Shown here: one piece after another, positions 27,871-37,526 of the stretch
How positions within the stretch are numbered: the first letter of the stretch is position 1
How the letters are laid out: every line of letters begins with the position of its first letter
Position numbers and translations under genes: made by a program
Notes under the pieces: generated by a model
What the model saw: only the letters and a program-made list of their open reading frames with translations
Databases searched by the model: none
What the model was told of the DNA's origin: nothing
From: a virus
Lineage: Duplodnaviria > Caudoviricetes
Length of the DNA stretch: 64,000 nt
IMG/VR virus record: IMGVR_UViG_3300031555_004524
Location: 184,150 to 248,149 of that record
Direction: 5' to 3' (one strand)

Positions 27871-29705
27871 AGCAACTGTGCTGCTGAATATGTACTTTCT
27901 TCAATCTCTTTACCACATTTTGGACATGTAGTTTTAGGGAGAACAAATGTGATATCCTGTTCAGCTCCAGTTAATTTTTCTACATATAATCTGATAATCT
28001 GATACTGGTCAGATGTAAGTTCTTTCATTACTTTAGATAATACAATGATCTTAGCTTTTAATGATTTAGCTGGATCATTTGGATACTGTTTTACATTTAA
28101 TGGTCTAAGTGCTTCTAACTGAGGATCAATAAAGAATACTTTATCGATACAGGTAGCAAATGTAATTGTATCTGCATACTTAGCAATAAATTCATCATCT
28201 AAATATGCTGGTGTAAATACTGCATCATAAATTGTTGGCTCTTTAAATGCAAAAGCATAACTATCAGATACAGGAATTACATCAAGTTTCATTTTTCTAT
28301 TTGATGGTGTACTTGGCTGATTATAAGCTTTATCGAATCTAGCTTTAACATTATCATCTTTAAACTTAACCATGTCCATGAAAGGTACACTGTTAGTTAA
28401 GAATGAATTAGCACACTTATCGTCAGGGCAGTCATATGGTAAGAAGTTTTCTCCTTCAAATGATGCTCTATAAATAGCAGCATATAAATGATCTACATCT
28501 GCAACTGATACAGTTTTAGCCCAAGCATCTACAGTCTCAGGTTTATATTCATCGATAATATGACTATGGATTAAACCATACTGTTCTTTTGCTGCTCTTA
28601 ATTTATTTCTTCCTGGATCTTTTAACAGATTAGCAACTTCAGATCCTTTGAATGCTTTCATAGTAATACTTCTTCCTGTAGCTGGTAATGCCCAATCTGC
28701 AGTTTTAACATTGAAAGCTGTCGCTGCTCTATTAACACTTTCTGTTACATTAATAGGTTTATCAATGATTTTAAAAGATGCTAAATTTAAACCTTTTGTG
28801 ATAGGTTTGATTTTTGACTGTACTTCTCGTTTAAGATTCTCTAAACGTCTTTTCTGCACAGAGTCTCCTTTTTCAACAATATTGTCATCATCTAATGCTT
28901 TTAAATCTGCATCTTCATCTCTATCCATTAGTTCAGATACATCATCTGGAATAGGAGTCATTACATCGGATTTATTTACAACTTCTTCTTCTTTTGTGAT
29001 TGTAAAAGATGGAGTGACTGGTTCATTGTCAATTTCATCTTCTTCAATGTAATCATATTCTTCCTCTTCAGGAATTGCATCCTGAATCATCTGATCTAAT
29101 TCTTCTTCTGGGTCTATATCATCATTTTCATATTCAATATCGTCAGATTCATACTCTCCATATTCTTCTTCTTCAGAATCTGAATAATGTAATTCTGTTG
29201 TATCATAAGAATCAGCATATTCTTCTTCGATATCTTCTTCTACTGGATCATATTCATATTGTGTTTTCATTTCTTGTTCCCTTTCGTATGCTGCTCTATT
29301 TGCAGCTTCTTGATCTCTAATTGCTTTAGATTTTCCAGGTTTAGGAGGATTTTCCATCATTGCTAATGGATCAAATCCAATAGCATCTACATAATCCTCA
29401 TACTCAACCTTTCCATCTAATTGTTCTTCTAATTCATGCATTGCGATAGCCTCTCCCATTTTCTGCTGGATAATACCATCTGCTTCAGTAAGCACTTTTG
29501 TTTCCAGAGTCTGTTTAGCTGGATCTACTTTATCTAATTCTCTCTGAGAAGGAATATTGAATTCTTTTGCAGGATCAATACTTCTTTTTGTTCCCCCGCT
29601 AGGATGTTTTACCTGTTTTGCACCATTTGGTCGTCTAGGTGGTAAATTTGGATTTGGTAAAGTTTCGCTAGGGATATCTCTCAAATCGTCAAGTGTGATA
29701 CTCAT
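27831..29705 (-). CDS. Baseplate hub assembly / tail chaperone, T4 gp26-like C-terminal domain with long acidic N-terminal extension
   Basis: CPDDKC...CPKCG Zn-ribbon pair ending ...LLFL; adjacent to a gp25-like gene. Confidence 0.6.
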   Translation of the reverse strand: MSITLDDLRDIPSETLPNPNLPPRRPNGAKQVKHPSGGTKRSIDPAKEFNIPSQRELDKVDPAKQTLETKVLTEADGIIQQKMGEAIAMHELEEQLDGKVEYEDYVDAIGFDPLAMMENPPKPGKSKAIRDQEAANRAAYEREQEMKTQYEYDPVEEDIEEEYADSYDTTELHYSDSEEEEYGEYESDDIEYENDDIDPEEELDQMIQDAIPEEEEYDYIEEDEIDNEPVTPSFTITKEEEVVNKSDVMTPIPDDVSELMDRDEDADLKALDDDNIVEKGDSVQKRRLENLKREVQSKIKPITKGLNLASFKIIDKPINVTESVNRAATAFNVKTADWALPATGRSITMKAFKGSEVANLLKDPGRNKLRAAKEQYGLIHSHIIDEYKPETVDAWAKTVSVADVDHLYAAIYRASFEGENFLPYDCPDDKCANSFLTNSVPFMDMVKFKDDNVKARFDKAYNQPSTPSNRKMKLDVIPVSDSYAFAFKEPTIYDAVFTPAYLDDEFIAKYADTITFATCIDKVFFIDPQLEALRPLNVKQYPNDPAKSLKAKIIVLSKVMKELTSDQYQIIRLYVEKLTGAEQDITFVLPKTTCPKCGKEIEESTYSAAQLLFLRHHLAALANG

Positions 29706-29725
29706 AATTTATATTTCCTCCTTGT

Positions 29726-30109
29726 TTATGATAGACTTATCAAATCTACAAAATTATTTTCTTGTTTTTCTGTTTCATATTTATATAATGTACCGTTGAT
29801 TGTGATGTTTAATGATAATTTTTTATCATCTCCCAATGCCACTTCAACTCTACAACCAGCGAATTCTGGTAGATATTGTTCTATTTGATTTTTGATATCA
29901 TTTCTCAGTTTATCTAAATCATCTTCACTCATAGCTCTATATCTAGATACTAAACCTATACCCATTTGAGGTCTAGCCGCATAAGTTCCAGGTTCTAATA
30001 ATATAAGATGTACTAATAGTTGAGAAATAGCATCTTTTCCAGTTAATACTTTAGGATTATTAAATTCATCTGTTGTTAGTAAATATTCTTTAGGTGTTTC
30101 GGTAGCCAA
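29726..30109 (-). CDS. Baseplate wedge / sheath initiator, gp25-like
   Basis: AISQLLVHLILLEPGTYAARPQMGIGL...IKNQIEQYLPE matches GPW/gp25 (LL.T.PGER...P.FG..L...I..YEP). Confidence 0.7.
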   Translation of the reverse strand: MATETPKEYLLTTDEFNNPKVLTGKDAISQLLVHLILLEPGTYAARPQMGIGLVSRYRAMSEDDLDKLRNDIKNQIEQYLPEFAGCRVEVALGDDKKLSLNITINGTLYKYETEKQENNFVDLISLS

Positions 30110-30222
30110 AAAATCACCTCCATTTTATAATAATTTTACTATTTAGTTAAGCTAGTTAAATCTTAACAGGTAGATTTACAAATATATAATATGCATTACA
30201 TAAAAAGGAGAGAAAAAAAGTT

Positions 30223-30582
30223 ATGGGAGTTAGAGAAACTATTGAGGATTTATTTATTACTATAAAATATGCCATTAGAGATTGTATACCTGAAGAAAGA
30301 CCATATATTGTAATGTATGATAAAGATAATGTCTGTTATGGTCCTACATGGGATATAAAATATTTTTATCCATTAATAAAAAAATTATTTGACAATCCAG
30401 ATACAAAAGATACAAAATTATTTCAACTTATTATAGATCGAGAAGATATACAATTATATGATAGTATATATGAGTACGTGCAAGGAAAACTTAAAGATGG
30501 TATTAAAACAAGAAATAAATATTCTGTAAGAAAACATAAACACAAATGTTATATTGAAATTAAAAAGAGATCGTTAATTTAA
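30223..30582 (+). CDS. Hypothetical protein
   Basis: 119 aa; AAGGAG RBS. Confidence 0.65.
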   Translation: MGVRETIEDLFITIKYAIRDCIPEERPYIVMYDKDNVCYGPTWDIKYFYPLIKKLFDNPDTKDTKLFQLIIDREDIQLYDSIYEYVQGKLKDGIKTRNKYSVRKHKHKCYIEIKKRSLI

Positions 30583-30603
30583 TATTTTTATTGGAGGTAA
30601 ACT

Positions 30604-31209
30604 ATGATAATACGATATGATAACAAAGAACACATTCCAGAATTAGGTTTTGGATACTTTATTAATATTTATAACCAGTTTGTTATTCAAAATATATTAA
30701 GATCTAAAACAGATGAAAAATCTTATTTTATATTGGTATCTAATAAACAATTTGATGATGAGGGATTTATAGAAGCCATTAAAGATTTAGCTAAAAGAAT
30801 TTTTTCCTCAGATTACGAGAACGCAGATAAAATTAGCGAAAATACAACTATGCTTACATTTAATATTACAGAAATTGTAATATCATACGATTTATTCTTA
30901 TCGATGTCAACTGATGTATATATGAATATCATTAGTATTTATATGAAAAATATTCTTTCATATATCTCAAAATACTACTATGAAGAAGGGGTTTCTTGTA
31001 CAAAATTTACTTTTGATGATATACTAAATGATGATGATCAAATCTCAGAACTTAATGTCATATTAAATGAATATGTTGAGGAAAACAAGTATATTACCGA
31101 TATCAAATTAGAATCTTATATTGATGAGGAAAATGGTTATAAGAAAACACTGACAGTCGTATGCAATATTGGATATTGTGGTGATAATAAAGATGGGGTG
31201 ACAAAATAA
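30604..31209 (+). CDS. Hypothetical protein
   Basis: 201 aa; GGAGG RBS. Confidence 0.65.
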   Translation: MIIRYDNKEHIPELGFGYFINIYNQFVIQNILRSKTDEKSYFILVSNKQFDDEGFIEAIKDLAKRIFSSDYENADKISENTTMLTFNITEIVISYDLFLSMSTDVYMNIISIYMKNILSYISKYYYEEGVSCTKFTFDDILNDDDQISELNVILNEYVEENKYITDIKLESYIDEENGYKKTLTVVCNIGYCGDNKDGVTK

Positions 31210-31210
31210 T

Positions 31211-32323
31211 ATGAATAGTGATATTAATAGTTATGCCAATAATATTGATATGGTAAGTGATGAATATATGGAAATATTAGATAAAATGATAAATCTAATA
31301 GAGAATGATATTAGTGAAGATATTTTAGCTGACTTCGCTATGTTTAATTTATTAATTTATATTAAAACACTTTTCCTGCAAATGATGGCAAATCCACTAA
31401 AATATGATATAATTGCAATACCAATTCCTATATATTCTATTAAATATGGAATACATGATATATCTATTTTACATACTGTCCAGGCTTTTATGACAGCGTA
31501 TGGCTATCAAGCTATACACCCTTCTTTAGACGAATATGATAGTTTTTGTTTATATAAAGATATGAAATGCTACATATTTAAAAAGCAGTATTGTGTACAT
31601 AATTTAGCTATCGTAGATTTATTAATACAACATTCGATGTATCTATATTATGGTAAATATTTTACTGATTATATAGTAAGCAAATTTAATCATATTCACT
31701 CTGATGGAAAAATTGAAGTTTATCTAGGCACTTCAGTTTCAATAATTAATAACTATTGTGCATCGATAGGTATAGATACAAGGATATCAAACGATGAACT
31801 AGTGAATATAATGTCTAAATCCATAGAATCCATATACAAATTAACTTATGGTAAATATAATATTGATTTTTCATACAGTGATGTAGGGGATAAATTTAGA
31901 ATAATAATAATAGATGTGGAAGCTCAAGCTAAAAAAGAAATGAAAGCTATAGGAGAAATGAATAAAAGAAATATATTATATGATACTGATAGTTTTATGC
32001 TTAGAACTAGAAGTGAAATGTTAAAAGATATTATATCTGCATCTGAATCATTATACAATAGATCTTTACATTATATTTATGGTGACGCATCTAAAGATAA
32101 TATGAATGAATTAGTTGAATACAGGGTATTTACAGGAATAGTAGAAAGCTATCCAGAAGATTATCTATTTGCTATTTATACAAAATTAAATAATTCTGGA
32201 GAACTTGCTAAGATTTGTAGTGCATATGGTGTAGAAATATTCGCTAATTTAGATAAAAATATATCTGATAAATTATGTATTCTACGAGTAAAAATTTCTG
32301 CAAATCCATCTATGGAGTTATAA
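31211..32323 (+). CDS. Hypothetical protein
   Basis: 370 aa; operonic spacing. Confidence 0.65.
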   Translation: MNSDINSYANNIDMVSDEYMEILDKMINLIENDISEDILADFAMFNLLIYIKTLFLQMMANPLKYDIIAIPIPIYSIKYGIHDISILHTVQAFMTAYGYQAIHPSLDEYDSFCLYKDMKCYIFKKQYCVHNLAIVDLLIQHSMYLYYGKYFTDYIVSKFNHIHSDGKIEVYLGTSVSIINNYCASIGIDTRISNDELVNIMSKSIESIYKLTYGKYNIDFSYSDVGDKFRIIIIDVEAQAKKEMKAIGEMNKRNILYDTDSFMLRTRSEMLKDIISASESLYNRSLHYIYGDASKDNMNELVEYRVFTGIVESYPEDYLFAIYTKLNNSGELAKICSAYGVEIFANLDKNISDKLCILRVKISANPSMEL

Positions 32324-32353
32324 ATATATTAATGACAAAGAGGTAAAACTGAA

Positions 32354-32650
32354 ATGGAAATTTTAATATGTTGTGGTGCCGGTAAGTCTATCACTAGAAT
32401 AATTGAAACTATATGTTACGATGAATCATATTCATATGGAGTATATTCTATACATATTACAGATAATCAAGATATTTTAGAGATAGCGAAAATAGCCAAA
32501 ACTAATATAGAATACTTTAATGAACAGCAAGAAGACTGTGAATTAATGGGATTTATCACTTTATGTGAAGATATTTTATATATAGTTAAAATAAATAAAA
32601 CAGATAAAACAAAATGGCAACTGATACTGTGTCCTTTTGAAGATGGTTAA
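32354..32650 (+). CDS. Hypothetical protein (small paralog family)
   Basis: 98 aa; GAGG RBS. Confidence 0.6.
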   Translation: MEILICCGAGKSITRIIETICYDESYSYGVYSIHITDNQDILEIAKIAKTNIEYFNEQQEDCELMGFITLCEDILYIVKINKTDKTKWQLILCPFEDG

Positions 32651-32667
32651 TGACGAGGTGATTATAT

Positions 32668-32991
32668 ATGCCTAGATTTATGAAAGTAACAAATATGCAT
32701 GTTGGTTTAAAATATGAACTTATAGAATATGCTTCTGCTATAATAAATACCATAGCTCAACATGCACCTAATAATTCTAAAAATAAAATAATTCCAAAAA
32801 AAGATATATCTTTAGCCAAACTTATAGATATTGTCAAAGAATGTCAGGAAGCTGCAAATGAAATAAATTCATCTCAGGCTGAATATATGATATTAGTATC
32901 TGCTCAATTATGGGATAATACTATTAATATATTAAAGGTTAAAACTGGATATACAGCATCAGATGCTGTATATGTAATAGAAGAGGAGTAA
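32668..32991 (+). CDS. Hypothetical protein (small paralog family)
   Basis: 107 aa; GAGGTG RBS. Confidence 0.6.
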   Translation: MPRFMKVTNMHVGLKYELIEYASAIINTIAQHAPNNSKNKIIPKKDISLAKLIDIVKECQEAANEINSSQAEYMILVSAQLWDNTINILKVKTGYTASDAVYVIEEE

Positions 32992-32992
32992 T

Positions 32993-33289
32993 ATGAAATT
33001 TGAATTTAAAGGAAAAACTACAGATTCTTTATTTGATATCATAAAAGATATAGCTGAATCAAATAAAGATTTTGTGGCTGAGCGAATTAAAGTTGATAAG
33101 TTTATTGATGGTAATACGATTAATGAACTTGATGGTTATGTAGAACTTGCAAAAGAATTCGATACAGAAACGCATCTAATGAAACTTATAATAGAAGCAA
33201 GTAGTAACAGTGTGTGTATTATTAAGAAAAAGAAACCTAGAAATGAAATAAAGTCTGATACTGATGTAGAAGTAATCAAATATCAATGA
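32993..33289 (+). CDS. Hypothetical protein (small paralog family)
   Basis: 98 aa; GAGGAG RBS. Confidence 0.6.
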   Translation: MKFEFKGKTTDSLFDIIKDIAESNKDFVAERIKVDKFIDGNTINELDGYVELAKEFDTETHLMKLIIEASSNSVCIIKKKKPRNEIKSDTDVEVIKYQ

Positions 33290-33311
33290 TATTAATTTTT
33301 TATATAAGGAG

Positions 33312-33662
33312 TTGATCTATTTGGCTAATTACTATAAAATGAATAATACTGGCGGATATGGTACAATTGTCAGCTGTGATAATATTAGAAGTAAAGTGAA
33401 AGATAGATTATCATATGACGATGCTTTTCAAACCGGTATAATTGCAGAAAATGATATCCTGTTGGACGATTTTTTAGAAGATGTGAAACAGTTTCAAAAT
33501 ATAATAGATGAATTAAATTCTTCATGTGATAAATATAATATCAGGATGACTGTCCAGATAAATGAACGAAGTATAATATTTTGTAAGTTTAAAAAAGAAT
33601 ATGCTGATCAGATAATTGTGAGATTTAATTATAATATGGGGATATCCGAAACATCTTCGTAA
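33312..33662 (+). CDS. Hypothetical protein (small paralog family)
   Basis: 116 aa; start codon uncertain. Confidence 0.55.
   Translation: MIYLANYYKMNNTGGYGTIVSCDNIRSKVKDRLSYDDAFQTGIIAENDILLDDFLEDVKQFQNIIDELNSSCDKYNIRMTVQINERSIIFCKFKKEYADQIIVRFNYNMGISETSS
33650..33661 (+). promoter_or_regulatory. Late-type promoter AACA-N6-TA
   Basis: AACA TCTTCG TA. Confidence 0.7.
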
Positions 33663-33692
33663 AAAGTTTATAATGGGAAGGAGTTATTCATT

Positions 33693-35120
33693 ATGAATAA
33701 AAAATCTTCTGTATATAAAATATTTTCTAAAGATATGGAAGCGAAAATGAAAGGTACTTATCGAAAAAAATATAAATGCCCATATTGCGAGTTAAGAGCA
33801 ACTGTTAGCGATTTGGCATTACATATTGGAGATGAACACCAGGATATGATTCCTAAAGATATGACACCATTTCAGTTAGCAGTAAATGCTAGGGATAAAA
33901 AAGATAGTAGACCTTGTCTAGTTTGTGGGAAACCAGTAACAAAATGGAATCAGGATACTGGAAGATATGAAAGCTTCTGTAGTGATGACTGTAGAAAGAA
34001 ATATGCTAAAAGCAGAAAAGCTCAACGTGATAAATTAGGTGATACTGTATATCAACGAGAAGTTATGCTTAAAAATAAATCTAAAACTTATACTTTTAGA
34101 GATGGCACAAAGATGGATTATATTGGCACATATGAATTAGAATTTCTTAAATATATGGATACTGAATTAAAGATAGATCCTATGGATTTACAACAAGCAT
34201 ATCCAGTCATTCCGTATCAATATAAAGGTAAAACGCATCATTGGTTTATGGATTTTTACTATAAACCATACAATCTTGCTATAGAGATTAAAGATGGTGG
34301 AGATAATCCAAACACTAGACCAATGGAAGAATATAGAGAAAAACAATTTGCTAAAGAAGAAGCAATTACCAAACTTGGTCAATATAATTATATAAGATGT
34401 ACAAATAAAGACTTTAATCAGATAGTAGAAATATTAGAAGATTTGAGAGAAGAAGGAAATGATCCTAGAGATGTAAAAATTATTAGAGTGCATGAAAGCA
34501 CTGTACCTCTAGCATCAGTTCCTCCTGTTAAAAAAGATGACGTATATATCATAAATTATATGCAAAATAATGTTTTCTCAGAACCAACTCAAAAATTTGC
34601 TTTATGTAAAAGCTATATGAGCGATATTGTTGAGTTTGATAAAGGTTCATTTTCTCATATAAGTCTTGAAGATTTCAAACAGAAAGCTATAAATCCTACA
34701 TTATTTAAATATATTGGTGAGAATGGTATATCTTATATGAATATTGTAGATTTAGCTGAAACTGATAAAGATTTTTATGAGATACTGACAGGTAAAAAAT
34801 TATATAGTTATGATCAAATTCATTTTGATAAAACATTTGAAAAGACTATGCCTTTCACTAGAGTATTAGATTTATTAGAAGAATGCACATTAGCTACAAT
34901 CACTGCAGTGTATGCTAATACCGTAAAAGGTATAACTCTTCCTAAAATGGCATTATATGAATCTACTCAATTATACGATTCTATAAAATATTATAGAGAT
35001 TTGGGTGGAGTATATGCTATCAATGAAGAAACCGGTATAAGAACTGCATCTTATGAGAATAAAGAAGAAATACCATCAGATGCAATAGAATTTATAAAAA
35101 ATAAAACAGGGTTATTTTAG
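33693..35120 (+). CDS. Zn-finger plus PD-(D/E)xK nuclease (TnsA/T4 gp4 head-completion-like) protein
   Basis: CPYC...HIGDEH and CLVC...CSDDC fingers; IPYQYKGKTHHWFMDFY...IEIKDG nuclease motif; late promoter. Confidence 0.6.
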   Translation: MNKKSSVYKIFSKDMEAKMKGTYRKKYKCPYCELRATVSDLALHIGDEHQDMIPKDMTPFQLAVNARDKKDSRPCLVCGKPVTKWNQDTGRYESFCSDDCRKKYAKSRKAQRDKLGDTVYQREVMLKNKSKTYTFRDGTKMDYIGTYELEFLKYMDTELKIDPMDLQQAYPVIPYQYKGKTHHWFMDFYYKPYNLAIEIKDGGDNPNTRPMEEYREKQFAKEEAITKLGQYNYIRCTNKDFNQIVEILEDLREEGNDPRDVKIIRVHESTVPLASVPPVKKDDVYIINYMQNNVFSEPTQKFALCKSYMSDIVEFDKGSFSHISLEDFKQKAINPTLFKYIGENGISYMNIVDLAETDKDFYEILTGKKLYSYDQIHFDKTFEKTMPFTRVLDLLEECTLATITAVYANTVKGITLPKMALYESTQLYDSIKYYRDLGGVYAINEETGIRTASYENKEEIPSDAIEFIKNKTGLF

Positions 35121-35134
35121 AATAACCCTGTTTA
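35104..35134. terminator. Bidirectional terminator
   Basis: AAAACAGGGTTATT-TTAG-AATAACCCTGTTTT. Confidence 0.7.
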
Positions 35135-35143
35135 TTATTTGTC

Positions 35144-35665
35144 TTATAATATACATCGTTCGATGAAGCCATGATTAGCTCCAACTACAGTCGATGTCAT
35201 ATTATCTACAGACATTATTTTTGAATTACTTATTACCTGGATGGTAACTTCTTCATTCCATGTGGTAGTAAATGAAATCCAAATGTTACCATATGTATCC
35301 ATAATAAGTTTATCTATATTATATAATTGATATACCGCTTTAATATCTGATTCCTTAATATCAGATAAGTTTTTATTGCGAGTATATTTGATTAAAGCTT
35401 GCGCTGATCTTTTATCTATTTCTTTTCTATTACTTAAGAAATATTTTAAAAGATTAACATGCTTTAATTCAACTTCATAAGTTCTATTCATTTGGATAGG
35501 ACAATTTTCATATACCTTTCCAAAGAATTTAGGCACATATGCTTCGGCATATGTGCATCCTATTTCGTCTTTATACTTTACGTTTTTGAATATTACAAAA
35601 GGTGATGATTCTGTAACAATACCTCCTTGAGTATTATTCTTGTCTAATGAATTTGTAAATAACAT
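35144..35665 (-). CDS. Hypothetical protein
   Basis: 173 aa; AAAGGAG RBS; early-type promoter at 35772-35790. Confidence 0.65.
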   Translation of the reverse strand: MLFTNSLDKNNTQGGIVTESSPFVIFKNVKYKDEIGCTYAEAYVPKFFGKVYENCPIQMNRTYEVELKHVNLLKYFLSNRKEIDKRSAQALIKYTRNKNLSDIKESDIKAVYQLYNIDKLIMDTYGNIWISFTTTWNEEVTIQVISNSKIMSVDNMTSTVVGANHGFIERCIL

Positions 35666-35771
35666 ATCGTTCGTCTCCTTTCTGTTTTCTTATTTTTTCG
35701 ATATGTCATTACATTTCATTATATCTTTCTTTTTTTGTTTAATTTGAATACTAGAGAATATTCTCTAGTAT

Positions 35772-35790
35772 TCATTTTTATAATATATAA
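35772..35790 (-). promoter_or_regulatory. Early-type promoter
   Basis: Minus strand TTA TATATTAT AAAAA TGA. Confidence 0.6.
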
Positions 35791-35819
35791 TTCAAAATGT
35801 ATGAATATTCACCAACCGA

Positions 35820-35831
35820 AACATTCAGGTA
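35820..35831 (+). promoter_or_regulatory. Late-type promoter AACA-N6-TA
   Basis: AACA TTCAGG TA. Confidence 0.7.
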
Positions 35832-35856
35832 AAGCATATAGCGAAAAACAGAAAGG

Positions 35857-37488
35857 ATGGTTATAATTATGGCACATTGGAATATACCACAGGGAAAATT
35901 ATCAATAGATGAAATAATTAGAGACGGTGGATATTATGATATAGATGGAATATGGAATTCCATAGTTAAAGTTGGAGATAAAATATATAGAGGGAGAGTA
36001 GAAACTTTTGTATTTGATGGGGATAAAGTTTATTTAAGAAAATCAAAGAGTGGATATCACTATTCAATACCAGGTGGATCTTGGGATAAATATTTATCTC
36101 ATCAAGATCAAGCACAAGCTGAAGTTAAAGAAGAAGCTAGAATATTATGTGAAAATATTCAGTATACAGGTATTACATATATAGATGAGCATGACAGACC
36201 AGAAAAACAGCAAGATGGTTATATATATTGGGATGGGAATTATAATGAAGTATATGTAGCAGAGTATGCAGGTCCATATGTAGGAGAAATTCATCCATTA
36301 AACAAAGACAATAGATTTACAAAATATGGAGATTTTTATCCTATTAAAGATATTATTCCTATTCTAAATCCTCATCATAGAAAGATTTTTAAAGAATATG
36401 AAGAGTCAGAATGTGGGACGTCAATCAAAGAACAAGAAGAAATATCCTCACAATCACAAGAATACATTGCACCGAACGATCAGAAAGAAAAATCCATACC
36501 AGTAGATTGGTTCATGCACTTGCAGCAATTATATAGAATATATAAGAATACTAATTCTGCTGATATTAGACAGAAAATCATAAATTTAGGATGGAATCCA
36601 GAAATTGAACCTACAGAAGATGCTGTCAGACATTTTATGAATTCGGAAGAAAATCCTATCCCTGTATTGAATGATAATGAAATTAAAAAAGAATATCCTT
36701 TTGATGAAAGTGTAATACCATCTGAATGGTATGATTCTATATTAGAGGTATGGGATACATATAAAAAGGATGATTCTATTGAAAATTTGGAATCATTATT
36801 AGAATTAGGATGGAATCCTGAAATAGAACCTAGCGTTGAGAATATAACTAAACTACTAAGTCTTCAGGAAGCTAGAAAAAATCCAAAATATATTCATATT
36901 AATGAAAATATTATTATTGATAGTCCTAATTATATGGCTAATATAGATAAGTGGGAGAATGGTAAATCTAATATACTGCTTATTACTGGTTTAAGTGGAT
37001 CTGGTAAATCGACTGCTGCATGGGCACTTGCGGAAGAGTATAAAGCTACAGCTATTCATTTAGATATGTTTCAGTGTTACTATAGATTTAAAGAAGAGGG
37101 GATCTCTAATAAATCTATGGAATATGTAGAAAAATATCTGAAACTTCATCCAGAAGCTAACAATATCGATTTTTCTGATATTAGATATAAAGAATTCGGT
37201 GCAATATTTAATAAATTTTTCTCATGGTTATTAAGTGAATTGAAGAAGGATAAAAAGAATAAATATGTTGTAGAAGGTGCACATATAATGCTCTTTACAA
37301 GCTATAAATCTTTAGATAAATTACCTATAATATGTCTTGGAACTTCATTAACTAAATCTACTATAAGAAGATGGGTTAGGGATAAATATAGTGCTTGGGA
37401 AATATTAAAATATGGTCCAGATGAGATAGTTTTATTTAATGATTGGGAAAAAGAATATAATACTTTTAAAGATAGCATAATATACTAA
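35857..37488 (+). CDS. Multidomain protein: NUDIX hydrolase + 2x LGWNPEIEP repeat + P-loop kinase-like domain
   Basis: IPGGSWD...AQAEVKEEARI (Nudix box), two W...LGWNPEIEP units, and LLITGLSGSGKST (Walker A) with YVVEG. Confidence 0.75.
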   Translation: MVIIMAHWNIPQGKLSIDEIIRDGGYYDIDGIWNSIVKVGDKIYRGRVETFVFDGDKVYLRKSKSGYHYSIPGGSWDKYLSHQDQAQAEVKEEARILCENIQYTGITYIDEHDRPEKQQDGYIYWDGNYNEVYVAEYAGPYVGEIHPLNKDNRFTKYGDFYPIKDIIPILNPHHRKIFKEYEESECGTSIKEQEEISSQSQEYIAPNDQKEKSIPVDWFMHLQQLYRIYKNTNSADIRQKIINLGWNPEIEPTEDAVRHFMNSEENPIPVLNDNEIKKEYPFDESVIPSEWYDSILEVWDTYKKDDSIENLESLLELGWNPEIEPSVENITKLLSLQEARKNPKYIHINENIIIDSPNYMANIDKWENGKSNILLITGLSGSGKSTAAWALAEEYKATAIHLDMFQCYYRFKEEGISNKSMEYVEKYLKLHPEANNIDFSDIRYKEFGAIFNKFFSWLLSELKKDKKNKYVVEGAHIMLFTSYKSLDKLPIICLGTSLTKSTIRRWVRDKYSAWEILKYGPDEIVLFNDWEKEYNTFKDSIIY

Positions 37489-37526
37489 TATATTATATAT
37501 CTAATATACACTTGAAAGGAGATATT

